Shown here: positions 9,901 through 17,335 of the stretch, piece after piece
How the letters are laid out: each line of letters begins with the position of its first letter
Numbering within the stretch: the first letter of the stretch is position 1
Origin: Promethearchaeota archaeon
GTDB taxonomy: Archaea; Asgardarchaeota; Lokiarchaeia; Sigyniarchaeales; SOKP01
Assembly: GCA_016926735.1 (NCBI GenBank)
Contig: JAFGOA010000077.1
Coordinates: 1 to 19,173, forward strand
Direction: 5' to 3'
Length of the DNA stretch: 19,173 bases
Program-made: the position numbers and the translations under genes
Notes under the pieces: model-generated
What the model saw: only the letters and a program-made list of their open reading frames with translations
Told to the model about the DNA's origin: nothing
Database searches by the model: none

Positions 9901-12227
9901 TATGCCTAATGTTCTTAATTTCATTACTAGGATTAAATCTATTATCTTTAAATATCTCTGAAAGATTTTTATCACAACAAAATGTAATCTTTAATAAATT
10001 TCATAATTTATTGTCAATTTTAAGTTATATTTTAATTATTGGAGTATTTTCAAGTTTTCTATCAGAAGGTACATTATTTTTCTTATCTGATCTGAAATTT
10101 ATGGAATTTAGCTATTATCTTCTATTTATATGTTATTATGCAATAGTACTATATTTTATTTTATCAATTATTAAAATTATAAAAGAAGAAAAATTATATC
10201 TAATAGCTTCAATTTCTTATTCAATCTTCCAAATAACACTTACTCTTAATATTATAAATTATGGAATAGTTTATGAAAATATTTCATTAATACTAATAAA
10301 TTCCATAGTTTTCTTAAATCTTGTACTTTCTTATCTTTCTATCATACTACTTAATATTTTTAATATCAAATTTAATTATAATTATATTTCAAATAAACTC
10401 CAGAGATTTTTATCTAACATCATCTATGTATATGTAAATGTTTTACTCTTTTCTATTTTATTTTGTTATTTTAATATCTACATAAGTCTTTGTGCTTCAA
10501 TTGGAATGTATATAATAATTATAATCGTTGATATAATATTTTTTAAACAAATTAGTAATAACAAAGGATTATTATTGCTTATACCGCTGATAATATTTTT
10601 TTCCATTACATTAATCCTCGTTCTATATCAATATTTTATATTTCCAATTGTTTATTTTAAATTATCATTTCTATGCTTAGTTTCAATCCAGTTTATAACC
10701 AACTATTTATATTTGATATATAAAATATTAAAAATCAGAAATAATACAATAGATAGTAAAATTAAATTGTCCTATATTGAGAATTGGGATAAAAGAAGAA
10801 AAATGATAATAGGAATATGCTTATATATTTCACTTATCATCTTTATTCAAGATTTAATAGGATTGCTTGAGATTTCATATCAATTGTTTATTATTGGAAT
10901 CATTATTTTTTCTCTCTCATTTATTGATGATTTTACTTTTGATTTTCTGTATGGTGTGAAAGAATACGTTAAAGTAATATCGTGGATAATAATAATGATT
11001 ACTTCTAATTCATTTATATTTACTGTTGTCCCTATTGTTATTTTTCAATCATTTATTATAAGGATTCCAATTTTTATTCTAATTATAGATTTAGAATTGA
11101 TATTTTTATTATACATACTACAACATTGGAATTACTTTAAGAAAAATAAACATTCTTTTATGTTATTTTTCTATCAAATTCTATCATTTGATATTGCTTC
11201 ATTTCCCCTATTTTATCTAAATGTAGATCCCATTTTAGACCTTAATCTATTAATCCTTTCATTGATAATTATAGTCTCTTTATTAAATGCAATAAGAATA
11301 ATAAAGGATTACAAGAATGATAAAATAGATAAAATAAATCGTTCTTTATTATTTACGCTAATAAATCTAATTTGTATAGATTTATTTATTCTATTTGAGG
11401 TATTTTTAAGCCCAGAATATATTATATTCAATATTTATTTAAATATTAATATTGCATTAATTCTTCTATTGATTCTATATGCAATTTTCTTTAAAATATT
11501 TACACAAAAATTATTAAAATCTCGCTTTATTTTTTGGTTATTGATATCTATTTTCATTGGTACAATTATCTTTCAAACAACATATTATTTCAATTATTTT
11601 CCATTTATCTCCAGTTTTTCATTTATGATTTTTTCAATATTTTTATTTCCATTTATTTTTCTTATGGAGAAATTAAAAGAGATCTTTAATAATTTTGTTG
11701 AAAAAATCAAGGAATTTATTATTTTAATTGAAAATAAGTTTGTAAATCTATATAAGAATATAATTTCTTTCCTGAAACATAATTGGATTATTATTTGGTC
11801 TATCATCTCTGTTTTCACAGGAATTATTATATTTTTGCTATTAGGTCTTTTTATTGTTCAATATTGGGTTTATTCATTTATTATTTGTATAGGGTTAGTC
11901 TTTTTTATGATCTTTTATAATATATCTATAAAATCATCTGAGGATAATCCCGGAAAATTACTTAAATACCGTATTATCTATTTAAGTAGTGGATGGTTAT
12001 CAATAATAGGGATAATTCTTAGTTATATTGAAGCAGAATTCTATATAATTACAGTTTTATTATCTTTTACAATATTAGGTGCGATATTTCTCCCTTATAT
12101 TTATTATAAAGAGAAAAAAGAGAAAATATCTATAAAATGGCGATTTTATTCAACTATATTTTTTATAATTATATTAATAATAACTATAGCATTATTTTAT
12201 TTCCAATTTATGTCAAATTATTTTTAA
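3978..12227 (+). CDS. Giant uncharacterised polytopic membrane protein (2749 aa)
   Basis: 8.25 kb uninterrupted ORF in very AT-rich DNA; SD-like GAGGCG at 3964-3969; I/L/F/Y-dominated hydrophobic segments alternate with short basic loops over the whole length; no recognisable soluble domain. Confidence 0.92.
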   Translation: MEKEEIYNKSTIKYQNINAILTFILLVTLILILYISNLNYLNFISIPLFYIIIFTEHHYGYIQKKNIEVLYFILTIVSLGYISFFIIPNSIFIIIKILIFTISIYFSLEIFKQINLFLDEKVIIWQNLLSVIAFFLISYSIYPAIIAEDVLKILNPDELLITRILIFLIFFFFTLLISLYRLNSTFFKNKSSKIIKSAIITNFLVLNLVFVLFLDFRTFNIIDRNYFISFSLFSAVIFIVMFILFVYINFIFKVLKEITVIFYRSIWILFPLIITTSAITFCIPLIISEKIDTLLITLIILMHTFILSCSIQILLRYGNKIGKISQKRYNEFGKMTLISISIEICIITFLLSYIVLQLDLIISLFLSSLVLVAIVAILNRYYKKLLEKYEIITFSINLLYLISIIFYYSLFFTLNSAYVYIVPGILTSFFFSFFILYLIFKNIRAKFLKKLLKCDYIILSLFIILIPTAESIELIHLGVYVDHITTLNLTIYIFYIMLFVIHLISRKKELKPKKLLLKSEIIIGFILAGTTIFYYLFLIIPGQYIRIIVPLIISLCYVYMLLLITHKEEIFNNQLIQILIVLDMLILIGLSVSLPSFINLELEFWDSLGVINTINCSLYIFLIELFIFYFLSKKRLSGKFSSPIQKLIIFICYILAGSTIFYYLFSIIPGEYIRIIVPLTISLCYLYILLIITHKKDIFNKQAIQILIVLDMLILIGLIVSLPTFIGLELEIKDSLGFINTTNFSLYILFSVLFIFYLISKKRLSEKFSSRLKKVQMIICYILGGTTVFYYLSYIIPGQYIRIILPLTITFSYLYLLLLFSHKKAIFNKELVQKFILLDILVLICSIILIPTFIQLELTTINNAVDVKYIFIFSLLLLFLFLKFAEFTSDKLNLRSIILSYIKIALILSWFLICLSGEFIIYNYFDIQLLLDSYLIGILISSISIISFLIFSSYVIKLVKNLGKFYNFIEKIQLSERTFRVQKALKLVYIYGILVSISLILSSSILYISLIFEDMIILEIFNLIIFSSFFFILLHPLFILYKDNVNLPQINQMIKKFSPIFLIIVIEIIYSEIFWILLSYDIIQILLYFSSIVLITFLYIINKSKLINSKFLKIYFSLFIEIILICLSIIYNDLEYFIVGFIVLYLLISLERPDDMRYKAILYLSVSIIGFLKIIEVLERADILESILELPLSIFMIIYLMNFSVILLISMSLNYKKQNYIEKYMLFGFTAGSLFFYILSFTPILLIYDITISSMVLLFFVIVDFYLNENPVYKAFLRPWFVLLFFNLTSWISYSFLFIDPNYDIYNIILTFTLTFSITSLSFVLLNNNLPDKLRKPTYIISLIIVCLMTPIFIYMLLISYFGLFAGDVIMIIILLNIMILLFYFSIGIYHWQISWVIWKIGWKIWFSVPLINFYLIYKNVVGLDLFTEAVNLFGYFRIEGSLIITIIICSLMYLPVLYSAIRKYFTIIIMAVWGESLALTLWAGQNLFKDDLILSNLFFGLASLFLLAPILLKKRYWKVLSLLWLLLIILNIGFLTFLLYSMNLTTELVISIDIIALGIFLMVYSFFPKVRNYLVFLIISYSIIFGGIYLLIYFILFYLISDPILSFNIASLFISGALLSSKYFQLNQKLIRGLISILVLSNLSCLTYIYLNMFPNMEILSIASALTTGLISLLIFNHFNYILRSIDFAFLWILLGCSISFLSTSALYLLIPKNIFLISAISCFIGFLFIQRIMKDIKYLLIYLYPIPLSFLFLSTYDYFQIFNIFIVILFLLIYLISLQILITIFYQLSIKERENPNGPIYKYVENLSKVKLIHLLCFTFNSLYISLLISLFCLNIFYYQIISFFIIYPILNILILYYLKINSEYFSFKGIQSLLKIFGSLFFSTIPFSVSSLVTYFFMEINFPLIYTIPLIFIIFNGILFLELNLNNYAIKFFIGNTNKYFILLSIFFLTNSIAVLFLISLLSFSNLEILSLCLMFLISLLGLNLLSLNISERFLSQQNVIFNKFHNLLSILSYILIIGVFSSFLSEGTLFFLSDLKFMEFSYYLLFICYYAIVLYFILSIIKIIKEEKLYLIASISYSIFQITLTLNIINYGIVYENISLILINSIVFLNLVLSYLSIILLNIFNIKFNYNYISNKLQRFLSNIIYVYVNVLLFSILFCYFNIYISLCASIGMYIIIIIVDIIFFKQISNNKGLLLLIPLIIFFSITLILVLYQYFIFPIVYFKLSFLCLVSIQFITNYLYLIYKILKIRNNTIDSKIKLSYIENWDKRRKMIIGICLYISLIIFIQDLIGLLEISYQLFIIGIIIFSLSFIDDFTFDFLYGVKEYVKVISWIIIMITSNSFIFTVVPIVIFQSFIIRIPIFILIIDLELIFLLYILQHWNYFKKNKHSFMLFFYQILSFDIASFPLFYLNVDPILDLNLLILSLIIIVSLLNAIRIIKDYKNDKIDKINRSLLFTLINLICIDLFILFEVFLSPEYIIFNIYLNINIALILLLILYAIFFKIFTQKLLKSRFIFWLLISIFIGTIIFQTTYYFNYFPFISSFSFMIFSIFLFPFIFLMEKLKEIFNNFVEKIKEFIILIENKFVNLYKNIISFLKHNWIIIWSIISVFTGIIIFLLLGLFIVQYWVYSFIICIGLVFFMIFYNISIKSSEDNPGKLLKYRIIYLSSGWLSIIGIILSYIEAEFYIITVLLSFTILGAIFLPYIYYKEKKEKISIKWRFYSTIFFIIILIITIALFYFQFMSNYF
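5548..6551 (+). repeat. Intragenic tandem repeat, 384-nt (128-aa) period, about 2.6 well-conserved copies, with a diverged copy at ~5170-5547
   Basis: The equivalent Ala/Gly codons of ILAGTTIFYYL, ILAGSTIFYYL and ILGGTTVFYYL start at 5559, 5943 and 6327 (exactly 384 nt apart). IIPG(Q/E)YIRII(V/L)PL occurs three times, and IQILIVLDMLILIGL and SKKRLSxKFSS twice. Confidence 0.95.
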
Positions 12228-12443
12228 TTATCTAAAAGAAAAAACATAAAAAAAGGAATTGAAATAATAATATTGATGAAAGGAATTGCAAGTATTTAGA
12301 TATCTTTTGTCTTTTTTCTTATAATTATTGATAAAAATAGATAAAAAAAATAGTCGAAATAATTGAATAATTAAATAGAAGAGTTTGAGGAAAAAAAGAT
12401 TATTTTTTATAACAGTAATAATAAATAGAAAAGGGGTTACAAT

Positions 12444-14294
12444 ATTATAGAATTATTTAAATATATATATAAGAAATCTCCTATTGGACTAAGCATCTAT
12501 ACTAATCGAGGAAATTTAATTATTGCAAATAATTCTTATTTAAAAGTGTTTGGTGTTAATTTTGAACATGATATAAAAAAATTTAATCTTTTTGAAGATA
12601 TCGGAATTCCAAAAGAAATAATTTCAAATTTTAAGGAAAAAGGGAATAATATTTTTGAATATGTAATAAATACAAATCTAATTTATAAAAAAAGTAAAAT
12701 TATTACTCCAGATAAAGATAATTGTTATTTTAATTTTATAATTACACCTTTTATTTTTAAAAAAGAAAAAATTATTTACCTTCTCGTTCAAATTCAAGAT
12801 ATTACAGAGAAAAAACTTAGCGAAAATCTATTAATAGAGAATAACCAAATATTCAAATCAGTTGTTGAAGAATCAAGATCAGGAATATTTGTAGTAAATG
12901 ATAATTATCAAATAATTTATGCTAATAAAAAAAGTAGTGAGATCTTAGGAGAATCCTTAGAAAACCTAATAAATAAAGATTTTCGAAAATTTGTTTCAAA
13001 AAGAAATAGAGAAAAAATGAGTAATCTATATAGACAACAACAGAAGGGAATGATTATCCCTACAAACTATGAATTTAGTCTTACAAATAAAAAAGGAGAA
13101 ACAAGATATGTAGAATTAAATGTGGAAGTTATTAAAATTAGCAATAATCCTAAAACAATTGTAAAATTTATAGATAAAACAGAACAAATAAAAGCAGAAA
13201 AAGAATTAAGGGAGTCTGAAATTAAATTTAAAAAAATTTTTGAAATAATTCCAGATTTATTTTTTTTAGTAAAAAAAGATAGCACAATATTAGATTATAA
13301 AGGAGATTTAGACAATCTCTATTTATCACCAAAAGAATTCTTAAATAATAAAATATCTGAGCTTTTACCAGAAGATATTGCAAATCGTGCTTTAATTGGT
13401 ATTAAAAAAGCATTAGAAACGAAGAAACAACAAATATTAGAATATCAGCTCCCATTTAATGATGAAATTCGTTTTTATGAAGCAAGAATTTTATATTTTA
13501 AAGAAAATGAAGTTGTTATTTTTGTAAGAAACATTACAGATCGTAAAAAAACTGATAGTATTTTACAAGAAGAATATAAGAGGCTAAAAGAAATTGATAA
13601 TATTAGAAAAAATCTTATTTCTAGTGTATCTCATGAATTAAAGACACCAATTATGGCAATAAGTAATGCTTCAGAATTTCTCTTGGATGTTTTTGGAGAA
13701 AAATTAGGTCCAGAACCTTTAGAACTTTTAAAAATAATAAATTCAAATGAAAGGAGATTAGAAAGATTAATTAATGATTTACTTGATATAAGTCGAACTA
13801 GCTATAGTAAAATACAGTTAGATAAAAAAAAATGCAATATTAGTAATTTAATACAAAATATATCTAATGAAATGGATTATCTTATAAAAGAACGCAATTT
13901 ATCACTTACCCTAGACCTACTTAATATGGTTTATATTAGTATAGATATTATTAGAATCGAACAGGTTATAATTAATCTTCTCACAAATGCAATAAAAAAT
14001 ACTCCTCCAGGAGGAAATATACATATTACTATGAAAAAAATTAATGATTATCTTGAAATTAGGTTTATTGATACAGGTATAGGGCTAACTAAGGATGAAA
14101 TAAACAGACTTTTTACACAATTTGGAAGATTGGAACGATATGGTGAGGGTTTAGAATATCTTGATATAAAAGGTTCAGGATTAGGATTATATATTTCAAA
14201 AGAAATAATAAAAATGCATAATGGTGAAATTCAAGCGAAATCAAAAGGTAGAAATATGGGTAGTTCATTTATTATAAAAATTCCATTTGGATAA
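12444..14294 (+). CDS. Cytoplasmic PAS-PAS-PAS sensor histidine kinase (HisKA + HATPase_c); start probably upstream of GTG 12546
   Basis: H-box SSVSHELKTP, N-box EQVIINLLTNAIK, G1 DTGIG, F-box LFTQF, G2 GSGLGLYISKEII; PAC-type ends QDITEKK, IDKTEQ and RNITDRKK. The frame is open from 12429 and encodes a PAS N-terminus (LFKYIYKKSPIGLSIYTNRGNLIIANNSYLKVFG). The start coordinate is an inference. Confidence 0.88.
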   Translation: MIELFKYIYKKSPIGLSIYTNRGNLIIANNSYLKVFGVNFEHDIKKFNLFEDIGIPKEIISNFKEKGNNIFEYVINTNLIYKKSKIITPDKDNCYFNFIITPFIFKKEKIIYLLVQIQDITEKKLSENLLIENNQIFKSVVEESRSGIFVVNDNYQIIYANKKSSEILGESLENLINKDFRKFVSKRNREKMSNLYRQQQKGMIIPTNYEFSLTNKKGETRYVELNVEVIKISNNPKTIVKFIDKTEQIKAEKELRESEIKFKKIFEIIPDLFFLVKKDSTILDYKGDLDNLYLSPKEFLNNKISELLPEDIANRALIGIKKALETKKQQILEYQLPFNDEIRFYEARILYFKENEVVIFVRNITDRKKTDSILQEEYKRLKEIDNIRKNLISSVSHELKTPIMAISNASEFLLDVFGEKLGPEPLELLKIINSNERRLERLINDLLDISRTSYSKIQLDKKKCNISNLIQNISNEMDYLIKERNLSLTLDLLNMVYISIDIIRIEQVIINLLTNAIKNTPPGGNIHITMKKINDYLEIRFIDTGIGLTKDEINRLFTQFGRLERYGEGLEYLDIKGSGLGLYISKEIIKMHNGEIQAKSKGRNMGSSFIIKIPFG

Positions 14295-14347
14295 ACAACA
14301 ATTATTTCTTTTAAAAAATGTCTCATAGATTTTTTTTCTTCCAATTT

Positions 14348-14386
14348 TTTAGATATTCTTTGAATTCATTGTCGGAAATATCTAAA
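14348..14386. repeat. 10-bp perfect inverted repeat with 19-nt spacer
   Basis: TTTAGATATT (14348-14357) and AATATCTAAA (14377-14386); the spacer contains the palindrome TGAATTCA (14361-14368). Confidence 0.6.
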
Positions 14387-14588
14387 GAATTTTGAGATTC
14401 ATTTTTATTATGATAATCGATACTATCACTTACCTTTTTTTTAAAGGTCTTTTTCCAATCATAATATGAAACCTCTGATTTTGACATACGTTAATATTGA
14501 ATGATCATATATTTATTTTCAAAGAGGGTATTAATTTATTAATATCTCGATCATAACGTGTTAATTTTTTTTTTAGATAGAACAAAAA

Positions 14589-14622
14589 TTCAGAAAATCA
14601 GTGAGGTATTTTTTTTTTTATT
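14589..14622 (+). promoter_or_regulatory. Candidate promoter of the polB2 operon (TTCAGAAAAT motif plus TATA-like TTTTTATT)
   Basis: TTCAGAAAAT at 14589-14598 and TTTTTATT at 14615-14622, 30 nt before ATG 14653. The same arrangement is found upstream of the RadA-like gene. Confidence 0.35.
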
Positions 14623-14652
14623 TGATTTTAGACTATTGATCAAGAGTATTGT

Positions 14653-14925
14653 ATGGGTCGCACAATTCCTTCTTTTAGACCTGCATTAGAACATGAAATT
14701 GAGAGTTGGAAAGATTTTAAAAGAGCACTTAGACCAGAAGATCAAAAGGTTTTTGACAAATTAATGATTTTTGCTCGAATTCATGCGGATGCTGGTAGTT
14801 TTAGTGCTCGTCCAATACTATCGGAATTATTATTTATGTGTTTTGCAATCGAGCAGAATAAAAAAATCGAAGAATTAACAAAAAAAGTTAATGAATTAGA
14901 AGAAATAATAAGGAAAGATAAGTAA
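14653..14925 (+). CDS. Small alpha-helical PolB2-associated protein (arCOG07300-like)
   Basis: MGRTIPSFR...WKDFKRALRPEDQKVFDKL...ARIHADAG matches, from memory, the small family encoded beside archaeal polB2. It has a C-terminal coiled coil and its stop codon directly abuts the polB2 start. Confidence 0.8.
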   Translation: MGRTIPSFRPALEHEIESWKDFKRALRPEDQKVFDKLMIFARIHADAGSFSARPILSELLFMCFAIEQNKKIEELTKKVNELEEIIRKDK

Positions 14926-17331
14926 TTGTTCGCTCAAAAACAATTTGATGGATGGCTTCTTGATGTATCAACATATGATAGTGGAGTAATTCTTTGGGTA
15001 AAACATAAAGAAAATATAGTTAAAATTTATGATTTTTTTCATCCAGAATTTTATGCTGTTCCAAATAAAGGAATAGAAAACAATATCGAAAGACTAAGAT
15101 ATATTCTTGAGGGGCATCCTCATGCTAAGACTATAAAATTATATGAAAAATATGTTAAACTGGAAGACAATGAAAAATCAAATGTATTTGGATTTTCAGT
15201 AACAAAACCATCTGTTTTTAAAAAAACAATAGAGGAAATAAATCAAATTAATTTATTTACATTATATAATACTGATCTTCCACTTGCACAAATGTATCTG
15301 TATGTTAAGAATCTATTCCCGATGTCTTATTGCTGCTTTAAAGTAAAGAATAAGCTTAATAATAAAAATAAACAAGAAATATTAGAATTAATCTCCTTGG
15401 AGTTGAAGGATGACAATGAAAAATTATTCTATGATCTTCCTCCTCTAAAAGCTATATGGCTAAAGGTTAAAATTCGACATAAAGAAATACATCCATACTA
15501 TAATGATGTTCTTGAATATATTGAAGTTAGCTTGATTGAGAATGATAAAAATAATGTACCTAGAGCAGATGGATATAAAAAAAAGAAGATATTTATTGAT
15601 GAGGCAGATGAAGCAGAAACATTAAAAAAAGTAAGTACGATTGTAGAAAAGATTAATCCAGATATTATTTTAACTCAAAATGGTGATGAGTTCGTTTTTC
15701 CATATTTAGCTGCTAGAGCCTCTGTAAATCAAGTATCAAACGAACTATATTTTTCAAGAGATAAAACTCCACTAAAAAATTGTATTTTTGAATTATCTAG
15801 TAGTTCAGATCATTATATCTCATATGGTATCATTTTTCGCCGTTCTAAAACGCAAGTATACTTTAATGGACGATTTCATTTGGATACTACATCTTATGCT
15901 AGCTTACATTTTAGTGACGGTAATATCCCAGGAGTAATAGAAGTTGCACGAATTTCACGTGTTCCGTTGCAGAGACTATGTAGAATCACAATAGGGGGTG
16001 CTTTACAATCAATTCAATATTATAATTCATACAAACTCGATCATCTTATCCCTCCCTTTAAAAAGAGTCCTGAAGGGTTTAAGAAAAGCATAGAATTACT
16101 TTATAGCGATCGAGGAGGTCATATTTTTGAACCAAAAATTGGTATTTTTGAAAACGTAATTGAACTTGATTTTTCTTCGATGTATCCCTCTTTAATGGCA
16201 ATATATAATATATCCTCTGAGACCATTAATTGTAATTGCTGTAAAAAGGATGGTACAGGGATAAAAGTTCCAGGCTTGAACTTTCATATTTGTACAAAAA
16301 GACAAGGCATTATCTCAAAGTCTATAAAATTACCATTAGAAAAGCGTTTGAGATATAAAGAATATAATAAAAGTCATAATGACATTAGATACCAATTTAC
16401 AGATAAAGCTCTTAAATGGGTACTTGTTGTAAGTTTTGGATACTTGGGATTTAAAAATGCTCGATTTGGTAAAATTGAAGCACATCAAACAGTTTGCGCT
16501 TTTGCTCGTGAATTTTTACTTCGAGCTGCGGAAATTGCTCAAAAACATGGATGTGAAATTATTCATGGAATTGTTGATTCAATTTGGCTAAAAGACAGAA
16601 AAAATCGTTCTACAGAAGATTTTGAAAATATAACAAAAAAGATTGTTGATGAAATTACAGTTCATACAAATATTCCAATGAATTGGGAGGGACGATATAA
16701 TATTATTATATTTCTTCCATCTAAAGCAGAAGCAAATGTACCTGCACTTAGTCATTATTGGGGTATTAAAAGCAATGGCGAAATAAAAGTAAGAGGAATA
16801 GAAGTAAGACGAAGAGATATCCCAATAATAATAAAGAATGCTCAATATGATTTTATAAATGTTTTTAAAACAACAACTTCGGTTAAAGATTTTATGGAAA
16901 ATATTTCTCAAGCAAAAAAGATTCTTTATGAATATGCTAATCGTATTTTATCAGGAAATATATCCAAAAAGGAATTATCAATAAAGCAAAAGATCTCGAG
17001 GAAACCAGGAGAATATAAAGTGAATTCATATCAAGCAGTTGCATCAAAACAATTAGAACGATCTGGAGTTGTTGCATCAGCAGGTAAAAATGTGGAATAT
17101 ATCATTCTAAACGCAGAAGCAGATCCTAATTTTCCAGAAAAAAAAGTCATTCTTTCAGATCTTTATAATGAAAAACAACATCAATATGACAAAAAAAAAT
17201 ATATCGAACTACTAAAAAGATCTTTTGAAAATATATTTCCAATAAAATTTCCTGAAATTGAAGAGCTCTTAAATTTAAACTATAATCAAAAATTTCTACA
17301 AAGAAATTTAGAGAAATACATGAACAAATAG
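14926..17331 (+). CDS. polB2: Family B DNA polymerase, archaeal PolB2 (Dpo2-like) group, proofreading probably inactive
   Basis: Motif A ELDFSSMYPSLM, motif B KWVLVVSFGYLG, motif C HGIVDSIW (YGDTDS variant typical of PolB2) and KVRGIEVRRRD. ExoI lacks D-x-E (KAIWLKVK) and ExoII is NGDEFVFPYL instead of NGDxFDxPYL. Confidence 0.92.
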   Translation: MFAQKQFDGWLLDVSTYDSGVILWVKHKENIVKIYDFFHPEFYAVPNKGIENNIERLRYILEGHPHAKTIKLYEKYVKLEDNEKSNVFGFSVTKPSVFKKTIEEINQINLFTLYNTDLPLAQMYLYVKNLFPMSYCCFKVKNKLNNKNKQEILELISLELKDDNEKLFYDLPPLKAIWLKVKIRHKEIHPYYNDVLEYIEVSLIENDKNNVPRADGYKKKKIFIDEADEAETLKKVSTIVEKINPDIILTQNGDEFVFPYLAARASVNQVSNELYFSRDKTPLKNCIFELSSSSDHYISYGIIFRRSKTQVYFNGRFHLDTTSYASLHFSDGNIPGVIEVARISRVPLQRLCRITIGGALQSIQYYNSYKLDHLIPPFKKSPEGFKKSIELLYSDRGGHIFEPKIGIFENVIELDFSSMYPSLMAIYNISSETINCNCCKKDGTGIKVPGLNFHICTKRQGIISKSIKLPLEKRLRYKEYNKSHNDIRYQFTDKALKWVLVVSFGYLGFKNARFGKIEAHQTVCAFAREFLLRAAEIAQKHGCEIIHGIVDSIWLKDRKNRSTEDFENITKKIVDEITVHTNIPMNWEGRYNIIIFLPSKAEANVPALSHYWGIKSNGEIKVRGIEVRRRDIPIIIKNAQYDFINVFKTTTSVKDFMENISQAKKILYEYANRILSGNISKKELSIKQKISRKPGEYKVNSYQAVASKQLERSGVVASAGKNVEYIILNAEADPNFPEKKVILSDLYNEKQHQYDKKKYIELLKRSFENIFPIKFPEIEELLNLNYNQKFLQRNLEKYMNK

Positions 17332-17335
17332 AGAA

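Noticed and set aside
4289-11818. Short ORFs inside the giant gene (4289-4636, 7226-7603, 8015-8233, 11594-11818)
   Set aside because: Antisense or off-frame by-products of biased codon usage; no recognisable features.
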